From the NCBI RefSeq assembly GCF_964355755.1, contig NC_092670.1:16292795-16356794 (forward strand): a stretch of 64,000 nt of DNA, read 5' to 3'. The number at the start of each line of letters is the position of its first letter. The first letter of the stretch is position 1. The position numbers and the translations under genes are program-made. The notes beneath the pieces were generated by a model, which did no database searches, was not told where the DNA came from, and saw only the letters and a program-made list of their open reading frames with translations. Positions 27,001 to 37,930 of this stretch are shown one piece after another. Origin of the DNA: Antedon mediterranea. Taxonomy: Eukaryota; Animalia; Echinodermata.

Positions 27001-30000
27001 TAATTCTGTAATACAGTGCCTGTATTATGTTTATGGCCTATGATACAGGTGTCACATGTATTACAGAATTTTTACAGCACAGCACTGAGAATCACTATTC
27101 GGACCCATGCCATAAAACAGACATGTGTCCTCATTCAGACCCCATGAATGGAATAAAGGTACTTAATTATATACTCCTTTGTTTATGGCTACTATGTTTT
27201 TTTATTGTCCCAGATTTTCACGTCTTTCAAATTTACAACCTACTGTTGTTAGCAAATTATCCAGTATCCTTTCTAAAATGTGTGCAATAAGTCTACAGAC
27301 TACACAAACATACTACACTCATTAAGATTATGCAATTAAGTAGGATTTAACAGAGTGATACAATCTTGTCCGATATTAGTTGTGTAAACAAATAACTGTT
27401 GCTGGCGTGTTCATCTGTAAAAACTAGAAAGGTTTAATGGAATCTGGAGGAATTAAACGAGGTAATTAATTCTTAGAGAAAATGTCTGCATAATAAATCA
27501 TTCAGGTTGAGTTTGTTGCACAAGTTGAAACCAAACAAGCAAGAAAGTGCAAATGGTAAATATTCGTTTTCTGTTAAAATTCCAAAAATGTTGCCGGAAT
27601 AAGTGATATTATATTCTGAATGGTATATAAACCAGATATGAGGAATAAGAAATTGCTAAATGCAAATGCACATTCAAAACGTCTTAGTGAAATATATTTA
27701 AACTGTGCTTTCATGACATGTTTATTATATATTGTTTGAAGATGATTTGCATGACACTAATAAAGTTAGGTTTGCGATACACCATGTCTTTCCAAAAGGA
27801 AATAAATTGAGACATTCTCAACTTTACTTTACTTCTTTTGGAAACACATGATGTACATCAAACCTAACTTTACTAAATTAATTTCAGTCTACATTAAATA
27901 GTATAAATTTATTTGTAATAACTTCCTTAAATATTGAATAGTATTTCTATTTATTATTTACGATTCAATTCACTCCAGAACTGAAATAAGTAGTTTGTCT
28001 GGTTAAATACATGTGTGAGCAAGAATGTCTAATGAATAATAGTAAATAGTTAATACAAAACACCTGTTTTCTAAAATTGTTTAATTGTAGATGCTTATCT
28101 GCAGGAAAATTATAGTACTTACAGTACGTCACGTCACATGTAGATTTTATGTGAACCAAAGTATGAAATATAAAAAATGCAAATTTCTATTAAATTTATT
28201 GTTGACAAAAATTGTACAGTTTTATGGGTAGTAGAAATTTTTAATTTTGTTACAGACTTAGAACTTAACAGGAAAATAACACCCAAAATTTGAAATGCCT
28301 TGCATAAACTCTTTACTTTTTACCAGAATATATATTACAAATTAAAATTTTATCAACGATATTTCAGATTAAATTTGTTCGCTATCTTGAATATCTTTTA
28401 CAATATTTTTCTTGATAATATTTCAGATCGTATTTTTCGTGTTTGATTTCTCCTGCCAATTTCACTTATAAACTCCGAGTATCCAGAAATTTGTATCCCG
28501 CTTTCTATCTGGAAGCAAACTACATATTGCAATGCGAAATGCTTTATTCACATTTGAATAAAACAGCAATCACTAGATAGCATCAATCAGCCCCTAGATA
28601 GCATCAATCAGCCCCTAGATAGTATCACTCAGTCCCTAGATAGTATCAATCAGCCCCTAGATAGTATCATTCAGCCCCTGGATAAAATTAATGAGCCCCT
28701 GGATAAGATTACTCAGCCCCTGGATAAGATTACTTAGCCCCTGGAAAAGGTTTTATCAGCCACTAGATAAGATTATATTAGCCCCTGGATAAGGTTTTAT
28801 CAGCCCCTGGATAAGATTATATCAGCCCCTGGATAAGGTTATATCAGCCCCTGGATAAGGTTATATCAGCCCCTGGATAAGAACTATCAGCCACTGAACC
28901 TGGAAACAATCTCAGCATTGATCAACAGTATTTTTTTAAAGGGAATCCTGGAAAAGTTGGTAAAATGAAAAAGAAGACAACAGTTGCTTCTACTTTCTCC
29001 TGCGCTCTGTCCACATTATGTCCCACAACATGCACATTGTGTTTGGTTTATTTGCAAAAATTATCCCAATAGAACAACTAGTGTCTTAGTGATGACATCT
29101 GCTGGAAACTTTCTTGCTAAATTGCTAGTTTAATTTCATGAGTTTATTTAGGTCATTTTCTAACCTCATTAACTTGTATTGGTTACATTAACAGCAAAAC
29201 ATGTTTGTATTGAAGCATACAGTGTCAAGTGTCAATTGCTGAATTATTTTCTGTATACTCAGACATAATAACCTTTCTTTTCTGCATATAGGTCATATCG
29301 TCACCTTATTCGATGGATTGCCGATAGAATTGTTTAAAAAATGAATAAGTTATAAGAACGTTTAGTAATAAGATATTCAATTAAATTTAGATAATCTAGT
29401 GTAGTAATAATTGGAATTTAAGTCACGATTTTTACAAGAGGTAGGGAAAAGGTTGTTTTTTTAGCTGATTTAAAAAAAAATATTAGTGTTAATGTACAGT
29501 CTAGTAGGTATTTGTACATTTCGTCACTCGTCACACGAACCGGCGAATCCGCAAAATGTCCATTTCGAGAAAATCGCGATTGTAAAAAAGGCACTTTTTG
29601 CACGGTCATTTCTCGCAAGAAAAAAAGCGAATGTCCATTATTTTTGTGGTAATTATGTAAAAATATATCAAATGAATATTTTTAAAGTGTCCCTAAAAAA
29701 ATATACTCATTAATTAAAGAGTAATCACTTAATTAATACATTCGTCACTTCGTGTGAAGATTATTTACCGCGTATCGCGTAACTAAGCGATATTCGACGC
29801 ATATTCGTCACTTCGTGTGAACAAGAATCTTACGCAATGACTATGAAATATGCGGTATTCGCCGTGATTGCGTGGTAATGAATAGGCAGTCCCACCAGGG
29901 AAGAGTTAACTCTTCCCTGGTCCCACGTAAACATCTTAGATAGGGCCCTAATGATAATAATATAAAGTAAACAAATTATTCTGTTAAAATTGCAAAAGAA

Positions 30001-33000
30001 CAATCACAAATCAGTTGCAAAATATAATTTATAGTAGCCACAAACATCATTTTAGCTATTGTAAATAATGGAAAAACGGAAACATGGTTCATTTAATTAA
30101 ATTTAATTATTAATTTATACATTATTTGATCTCTACATAAGGCAAGGCAATGTTAGATAGTTAGAATAAACGTTTTTAATTCAATATTCCCTTAGTAGGC
30201 CCAACGGGAACAGTTAAAAAATTATTTAGACAGTCCATTGTACAATATGACTTTTTCAGCATATTAGGCCTACAATCATTTAGCCATTTATGGCCAATAT
30301 AGTATTTATTAAATAACATTAAATGTGTTATTTGCCTTTTCTAATATCCGTATTAAAAGGCTAATTTAAATTATTTACTAATTTAATGTGATACCGTAGC
30401 AATGTGGTCTTATTGTAGGCATATCACAGGATAATGTGCAGACTACCCTATATAGTATACGATAGTATTTAGTATAGCCATGCCCCCAAAGATATTTGGT
30501 GACTCACTGATTATAATAATTATACTGTAACTAGGCCTATCTAATTTAAAAAGCAAAAACAAAAAATATAAATACTCTAACATCAAAATGTATGAATTGT
30601 TTAATAAAAATGTGTATACAGAAATGAAAGTTATTATCCTTAGTAGCATTACCAATTAACAATAGAGGTGAAATTTGATGTTTCTTTTTAATAATCAGGT
30701 TATTTATTCTCTAAAAAATTAAATATTTCAAAATACTTAAGACTATAACATTGATGTAGGCCTAATCGTTACCGTACCGTTTCGGGTATGTGTTGTCAGT
30801 GCCATAATTTTAATGTAATGTTTTGCTAGTGCTCGAGTGAACATACGAAAGATCAAACATCGAAACGTTGCATTACATTTCCTGAAATAAATGATTTATC
30901 AATAACCACAAAAATCAGTTTTTACTGGGTAAAATACTGTTCAATATTCTTTAATCTATGCTCAATCTAACTTCGCGGGACTGAAAATTGGCCATCAAAT
31001 AATGGAATGTTCCAGATATGCAATAAACCAATCAGATCACATGCAATTAGTGACGAATTGCATATTCGCCGTTTATTCAGGCGCGTAAACAGTGTGCGTG
31101 ATGCGCGTTTTACTCACACGAAGTGACGAATCGATATTCGACGCTTCGTGTGACGAATGATTATAATATCACAATATATTCGCCAAATTATAATTTAAAT
31201 AATTAATTATTGAAATAAGATACGCAGTTGATATTTGCATCAGTTGTTCTTTAGAATAAATACTTTCGAAATATACAAAAAAAAATTTCGCGCCAAAATG
31301 ACGATTCGCCGGTTCGTGTGACGAGTGACGATTTAAAAGATCCTGTATAAATTGTTAAATAAATTCAGATGGCGTTCTCTTGTTGATGAAGATGTATCTT
31401 TTCTGGTAATTGCTATTCTACACCGACAACGTATCTTAATATTAAATTGAAAATGATTGACTCTAAAAGTAAATAATTTGCAAAACTTGTATGTGCACTG
31501 TCTATTGGAATTTATCAACTAATATTAGGATGATTAACATCAACCTATATCTTGGTACTCATTTGTAAGGGATTATGTCAAATTATTGCACTGCAGTTAC
31601 TATACCTATTTGCTGCAATTTATTAACTTAACTTGTTTATATACAGGAGTCAGTCACTGCAATATACATTGTGTATTATTATAATAAATCCCAAAAAAAT
31701 AAAAACAGGTTTAAAGAGTAAATAAAATGTATTTACTGCAGTAATAAGTGCAGTAGCATAATTTTGACATGGTCTCAGCGTAAAGTAAATCCTTTTTTGT
31801 AACTTCAAGACTCTCTGCAAGATTTGAACCAGTCCGTTGAGATTCAAAAACAAACCAAAAACTTTCTCATTCATTATTCCACTCATAATTTCAATCAATA
31901 AAAATGTTTTATATAATGTATTAAATGTGTAAATATTGATACATTTATTTTAATTTGTTGTAGAATGGTGCAATGAATACAGAAATGAACGACCTGATGT
32001 TGACCTTTTGCAGAAGGAGATTGATGAATTTATGTTGGCGTATGACAAAGATAATAAGAAGGTAGTTTGATTCACACTCTGAATTTAATTCAAAATAAAT
32101 CTTGAAATTAAAAAAAGTGCGCTGGAAAAATAAACAGGTTGGATTTAACATGCTTAGAAAAAAAGTTTTCACAATAATCTAAGCAAAATATGTTTACATA
32201 TTTGCATTTTAAATTTATTCTTTAAAGATATATTTTTTATTGAATACATGCCATTTTAATGTCACATAATAGTTATTCACTCACACAGAAACTGGATCTA
32301 AAAAAAAATTATTTTCCTGTAAAAAATTTGATTTAAAGCAAAAAATAATTACATTGAACGTTTCTTTTGTCTTTTTATAGTGAAATAATTATTTTTATTT
32401 AATTTTTTAGTTTTTTTTACAGAAGTGACTCACTTGATTAAAACTGTACAATGGCCTATTTGAAGTCTGATTTTATTAATCTTCATTTTTCATGTTTTGG
32501 GGGACAATACATCTTTAAGGTTCAGTTTTTCACTTAAGCTCTGCATACCTATCTTGACTTAAGCAAAAAATAACTAGCAACACAGTTCATGACAAATTTC
32601 TTTAGCGAGAATTTAATACCTGACTTTGTCGTAAACACTTTATTGATTGTTTTATCCAGTTGGTCACAAAAAAAACATCTCCTAAAAGAATTTCTTTCAT
32701 AATTTATTTATTGAATTAATAGAACTATTCAAAATACTTTTATTACCAAACAATTAATAATTTAAAGTAGAAGTAAATTTCTACTCTCTTGTGAATTTCA
32801 AATATAAATTACAAAACTCCCATTTTTATCATTTATTGATTGCATTTACATTTTATGAATAATATATAATGACATTTCATCAAATAAACATAATAATTTT
32901 ATTACCTATAAATTGTTGTAAAGAACAAATCTTTCTGCATAAGCTGTTGAAGCAGGTTGTTAAGCTTAGAGTCCTCAATTTATTGCACAAATGAAGCGTC

Positions 33001-36000
33001 CTATATCAAAAAGTCGTAACTCAAAAAATTACAAATTGTCCTCGACATATTATTTTTAAATGATGTGACAGGTATTTTGTACGTGTCTTTAATTCAAAAT
33101 ACAACATTTTTACACTATTGCGGTACCATACTTAAACAATAACAATTCTTATATATCAACGTTTGGCATAACATAAGTAAAACTGTCCAAGGTAATAAAT
33201 AATCACATCTGTATCCTTGACTTCTCCCTTCATTCCTATCACCCTGTCGCACTTTTTAATTTGGGTTGGGGCTACTTGCAATCATTCTCATTACTTGCTT
33301 TCAAGTTTGTATTTGGTCTACAACTGGTGGACTGTAAGTTCACACTAAAATGGTCAATTTATGTTTTGTTACATACTGTATGTAGTTTAATTAGCTTAGA
33401 TTCCGATTAAATGTATAACATTGACCATTCACATTACAGATAAGCCAACTCAAAGCCGACAGATCTCATCTTTAATATGTAAAGGACGTACTCTCTGGTT
33501 CTTGACACAATGTTTTCTTTGCTTCCAATTCCTTCCTAAGCAGATATTCACACTTAATGATTGTTTACATGTTTTACCATTATTAGTATGATTGTCAATT
33601 CCCATCTGCTAATTTCTACTTAATACTTTGTTTTGTCATTAATGAAACACGTTTCAAATTTCTTAATGTTTATGGAAGTAAAAAAATACAACTTTGACAG
33701 AGTGAGTGACGTAAGTGTTTCTAAATCTCTGTCTACACTATCAAACTAGTTTAACAAAAATGTGTGATTTGCCCAAATATGGTAGTGATATGACGTCATC
33801 ATGCCCATATGGAAACGTCACTTTTTTTTGTCACATAAAGTGTAAATAGTGTAGATATATACAATAGTTAATATAGTGTTCATACTACTACAATAATATT
33901 GGTGGTTTTCTTAAAGATGTTAAAATTATTATTGTTTATAAATGCAGAAAGAAGAAAAAAGGAAAAAATCTGAAGAAGAACCTGATGACGAGGGATGGAT
34001 AACCGTTTCAAGAAAAGGACCAAAACCTGGAGTTGCCAGAACCGAGAAAAATCAAACCCGCACATTAATAAAAGAGTCGCAGAAACGTAAACGGAAAGAA
34101 CTTAGCAATTTTTATACCTTTCAAATGCGAGAAACAAAACGTGAACGTAAGTTTTGGTGTGAAAAAAATTATCATTTTTTTTGTATTCAATTTTTCGCCC
34201 AACATGTAAAATATATAAGCTTAGCAACAGAAAGTGGAAATATATATATATATATATATATATATAACAACAAATATCTAAATAACAAATCTTTTGGAAT
34301 CAACTATGTAAAAGATAAACAGTACATGGGTGAGATGGTGAACATTTTCAAGATTGAAATTCTGAATCTTTTTCTTGATACTTACAGATAAGCCTTATTA
34401 ACACACTAAAAGACAAGGATTTATCTTGTTGACAGTCATTCCATTTTCACTTTTTTCTTTCTTTTTATCATTGTCACGGCATGGGCAATGTCCTTTCATT
34501 ACATGCTTCTAAGGCAATTCAAGCGATTAAATTTTAAATTGTCAAATATTCGGGCGTATTGTTTAATAGCATTTTAACAGATTACATGTTGCGTTGATGA
34601 TGACGGAGAGTTGTCATTATTGATTCCGAAGTCTGTCACATGACTAATGGCACTTGTGTTAGTATGATTGATGTTGATGGTTAATATGTAACATTGAGGG
34701 CGCTGTTTTGTATACTCTAATGAACAGTATGGTTTAAGCAGAAAATGTGGTAAAATAATTTCCGTTTAATGAATACTAAATATCATAGTGATTACTGCAG
34801 TAATTAGTACTAATATTCTAGAATGATTACTTTTTCCCATTCTGTAATTGGTCATGTGCTTTCTGATATTTAATTGTCAACGTGTAATGAATCAACTTAG
34901 AATGAAAACTGGAATGATCAAGTTGTTTTGAAAATCAGAAGTACAGGCCTGTAGCGACAATAAGGATGGTAGAATTAGATACATTACAGACATTTTACCA
35001 GCGGTAATACAGTGCAATTAAATGCTATATTTTGATTCTTATGTATAATTAAACTTTATTGAATGTGAGATGATGCTCTTAGTAAAGTCATTAAGCTATT
35101 TCTAAAATTACTTATGTAGGCATTAAGCGACAAGAATAATTTAAAAGCATTTAGTTGTCATTAGTACAATGATGAATATGGATAGAATTTTCATTTTAGT
35201 TATTTTAGTGCATTGTTTTACAGTGTTGACATCTAATGAGAAATGTTTGTTATTGGGACAAACCCTAATTTAAATCATTTAGTTGTCCTTAGTACAATGA
35301 TGAATATGGATAGAATTTGTAGGATTTTCATTTTTTTTGTTTTTGTTATTTTAGTGTATTTTACAGTGTAGACATCTAATGAAAAATGTTTGTTATTGAA
35401 ACAAACCCTTGTACTCGTTAGAAAGCATATTCATATTCAACAAAACTTCTTTAACCCATAAAGGCCAATTTACACAGACAAGCACTGCAGTAATATAACA
35501 ATAAGCGTGAAACCGCATGCTTGTCCCACATTGAATCTGTATCTATCTTGAGCTGATTTTCAATCAATCGCCCGTCCTCTCCATGTTTTGTTTAAATAGT
35601 CATAAAGACTATGTGAACTGTGTATTATTGGCCTTAACAGTCTAAATATTTTTACTTATTATTATTTTTATTTCTACTATCGTTGCTGCATTACTTATTG
35701 TTTTTGAGTAGTTAAATCAGAATGTTTTTCTTTAGCCCACCCATATTAGACCAAACCAAACCTGTTGTTGATTTAAGAATAGTTAAGTACAGTAGGCTGG
35801 AGTATGCCAAGTGCGTTAATAGCGAATCACGTACAATATGTTTCATCTTCCACTTGATGTAAATTTAGACTACTTTTACTAGGCTGGATCCAAGTGGATG
35901 TAACAACATTTTGTATAAAATCTGCTGAGTTTACGTGAACGATCATGCAGTTAAGATTTGTGCAATTAAAAACCACCATTAATTATATTACCATTAAAAA

Positions 36001-36713
36001 TATGAGAGGAAGTGATGTCTCAACACTCCTGCTCACCATATGTAATGTCCAGAATGTTTTATTGTCAGCTAAAAGAAATAGGTATTGATGACCTAAAAGC
36101 AGCATTCTTGAGGAAAATTAGGTTTAAAAGTAGTTGGAAGTTTTGTGCTATTGTGATTCTAAATGACTTACTGTAAATGTTCGTAAAAAAACTATTCTAA
36201 TGTCTAGGTTTTCACCTAGGATATAAAGATATACAATTACTACTACTATACTCAAATATGGTAATGATATACCAAATACGGTAGTGATTTTGTTGTCACA
36301 TAAAGTGTGGAGTGTAGACAGAGCTTTATACATAATCTTTGTTTAATATACTGTAGGTCTAGACTAAAAGTTGAGTGATCACTTAAAGAACATAAATCAT
36401 ATGCTTACATGAAAAGCACTTTCTAAATTAAATTTTAGAATTTGTTTATGAAGTACATTGTCAATGAAATGTACTCCAAATGAGTGCCGAATAGCGCCCT
36501 CTAAATAGGAAACCATACTGAAAGCACTCCATTCAAATGTTCCTATCTATTTTTTTAAATTAAAATAATTTATTTTGGTCATTCTTCTTTTTACATTCTA
36601 AATCTTTCCTATTTTGATTTCTCACAGATATTGCTGAACTTCGAAAGAAATTTGAAGAGGACAAGCGAAAGATTGCAGAAATGAAAGTTGCACGAAAATT
36701 TAAACCGTATTAA
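9005..36713 (+). CDS. RRP7A: Ribosomal RNA-processing protein 7 homolog A, complete, 7 exons, 276 aa
   Basis: Exons 9005-9056, 12585-12724, 14610-14741, 23337-23460, 31964-32061, 33948-34146, 36628-36713. All introns are GT-AG and phase-compatible, totalling 831 nt. Translation has RRP7A hallmarks: AFPVKFS..VMYFKEH, RTVFVINVPPYCT, GFHVAYV, KWCNEY..LQKEIDEFMLAYD, PDDEGWITVSRKG, KRKELSNFYTFQMRETK, IAELRKKFEEDKRKIAEMKVARKFKPY*. Confidence 0.96.
9461..10253. mobile_element. Non-autonomous Mutator-like (MULE) element, 793 bp, in RRP7A intron 1
   Basis: 80-bp TIRs at 9461-9540 and 10174-10253 (79/80 identical) flanked by a perfect 9-bp direct repeat TTAAATTAA (9452-9460, 10254-10262). No transposase ORF. 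Confidence 0.8.
10562..10805. mobile_element. Degenerate Tc1/mariner(pogo)-like MITE family member
   Basis: TA|CA(G/A)TAGAACC...GGGGTTCT termini with internal gtgtccc/ctattcagggga motifs. Related fragments near 11339, 19980, 26236, 43785, 46252, 61990-62227 and 63790. Confidence 0.45.
11696..12560. repeat. ~865-bp polypyrimidine/polypurine low-complexity repeat (CCT/CTT/CTA with higher-order units)
   Basis: The + strand is almost purely C/T with a recurring tcctcatcctactcttttcctccccttcctactcctactcttctcc unit. It ends 24 nt before RRP7A exon 2. Confidence 0.95.
13960..14440. repeat. Tandem repeat, ~120-130-bp unit x4
   Basis: aaatatgcacaattca..aaacaaaatgatacggtatacta..gaattaataattatggttaaatt recurs near 13960, 14077, 14202 and 14334. 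Confidence 0.9.
14840..15109. mobile_element. MITE with TTAA-type target, Kolobok-like
   Basis: 15-bp perfect TIR AGATGTATTGTCCCC/GGGGACAATACATCT with flanks ttaa/taaa. A second copy lies in opposite orientation at 32226-32514. Confidence 0.7.
17366..17590. repeat. ~20-bp AT-rich minisatellite
   Basis: tttcttgatatcaattgtac repeated, then degenerating. Confidence 0.85.
19642..19826. mobile_element. P-superfamily-like MITE (CAAGG..CCTTG termini, 7-bp TSD)
   Basis: TSD ATACCAG at 19635-19641 and 19827-19833. Right TIR gttagattgccttg. Interior shared with copies at 58265 and 59569. Confidence 0.7.
21455..21632. repeat. Degenerate ~21-bp tandem repeat
   Basis: Recurring agtataatctcatgctta motif. 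Confidence 0.6.
23481..23750 (-). mobile_element. 3' end remnant of an L2-like LINE
   Basis: Minus strand reads FDSFKINLKNI (like the ..SFKxxLKT end of L2/CR1 ORF2), then ...gcgctatatacaatg..(att)n tail. Confidence 0.45.
23756..24048 (-). mobile_element. tRNA-derived SINE with Deu/Nin-like core and poly(A) tail
   Basis: Minus strand has B-box gggttcgaggc and core gtcttctcagataggactataaaccataggtcc..gaacctagtacatc..gtagagggttaccc. Homologous to the 62507 copy. Confidence 0.7.
28573..28895. repeat. 21/23-bp minisatellite, ~15 units
   Basis: ctagatagcatcaatcagccc grading into ctggataaggttatatcagccc. Confidence 0.9.
29522..31330. mobile_element. Non-autonomous DNA transposon, Sola1-like, 1809 bp, in RRP7A intron 4
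   Basis: 28-bp perfect TIR CGTCACTCGTCACACGAACCGGCGAATC and 4-bp TSD ATTT (29518-29521, 31331-31334; AWWT type). Subterminal ttcgtcacttcgtgtga motifs at ~29741 and ~29805, inverted at ~31114. Confidence 0.75.
32226..32514. mobile_element. Second copy of the Kolobok-like MITE
   Basis: TTAA on both sides. The right end ttcatttttcatgttttgggggacaatacatct is the reverse complement of the 14840 left end. Confidence 0.65.
35148..35409. repeat. Local tandem duplication, ~125 bp x2
   Basis: catttagttgtc..tagtacaatgatgaatatggatagaatt...acaaaccct at 35148 and 35276. Confidence 0.85.
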
Positions 36714-36757
36714 AAAAGCTTTTTTTACATAATGCTGGTTCAGACCTCAACCACAAT

Positions 36758-36882
36758 CAGTGGTGTAATGGCTATGAGCACTCACTGGCTAAGCCCAGGG
36801 GCCCTGGAGCTTTTGGAGAAAAAAACAGACATTAAAATATGTTCCTAAACCAGAGGCCTTAGGCCTCAGTGTTACGCCACTG
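36758..36882. mobile_element. hAT-type MITE (125 bp) in the probable RRP7A 3' UTR
   Basis: Perfect 8-bp TSD ACCACAAT (36750-36757, 36883-36890) and TIR cagtggtgtaa/ttacgccactg. Confidence 0.8.
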
Positions 36883-36988
36883 ACCACAATATGAATGTAT
36901 ATGTTCAGACAATTCATACATATGTATGTATACATTATGGCTCATTTACATTCTAGTAAAAAAAATAATTGTTTAATTGAAAAATAGC

Positions 36989-36994
36989 AATAAA
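36989..36994 (+). terminator. Candidate RRP7A polyadenylation signal AATAAA
   Basis: First AATAAA seen after the stop codon (~275 nt downstream). Another occurs at ~37036. Confidence 0.4.
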
Positions 36995-37319
36995 TATGGA
37001 ATTTAATTATTATATAATACTGCTACCTGTCAAAAAATAAAAGGGTCAAAATACTATTATTATGCAGTAATATTGCCAGATATGCACATATATTGCGTTA
37101 TCATCATCTTATAAAGTTATTGGTGTTTTTTGAAAATGTCCTTGTACTATAAGTACAAGGATTTGTTCAAATATGGCCAAAATATCGACTTTTTAAAAAT
37201 GAATAATTATGCAATAAAATTGCCACATATGCACATATATTGCATTATCATCATCCTATAGAGTCATAGTAACTAGTTATGTCAACAATTTGTCATTTTT
37301 CGAAAATTTCTCAATATGG

Positions 37320-37900
37320 ACACCCCTCGAAAGGAAAATGGAATAGTCCAGGCGCCGTAGCGGGCCGTACAAACGTCTCTCACGCATGACATCGTCCTCA
37401 TATTCCGAGATCCACGTGATCACGGCGAGGGGAGGCGGGAGGGATTGCTATACAGGTAGTTATCTCACTCATAGACTACCAACACCACTGTTGGTTTGTG
37501 TAGTCTATTTCGTGAGACCCCTACCTGTATAGACTCTACATATGCCAGAGTAGCACCGGCATCAGGCTAGGAGGAGGGCGTGATTGTGACTAAAACCAAA
37601 CTTACCCTACTTAGGAGGCCGACAAATTGCAGACGCTACGTTCGCCTGGGACGAGACAACGCCCTGAAGGTAGCACGATGAAAAAGTGGTCTGAGCTCTC
37701 CACCATGCCGCCGCTAAAATATCCGAAACGAGCACACCCCGAAATAATGCCCACGAAGCCACTGAGCTGGCGGCGGCAAGCGTGAAAATGCATACGCTGA
37801 CTTGATGGCGGAAACGACCCAACGGGCTATCGTTCGTATCCTTAGAGGCGGGGCCATGGGGTTTTATTGTCGTCACAAACAGATGTGACGTTCCGTTTCC
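37320..37900 (-). mobile_element. 3' remnant of a DIRS-type (tyrosine recombinase) retrotransposon
   Basis: GC-rich island. Minus strand encodes H(frameshift)FTLAAASSVASWALFRGVLVSDILAAAWWRAQTTFSSCYL, matching the HSTR..ASWA..G...I..AA.W....TF...Y C-terminus of DIRS recombinases. It is followed by a long imperfect hairpin (37448-37532) and ccctcccgcctcccc, as in the ICR/right-ITR region of DIRS1-like elements. Confidence 0.75.
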
Positions 37901-37930
37901 TAAATGTTGCGTGCGATTAACGTATATTTG

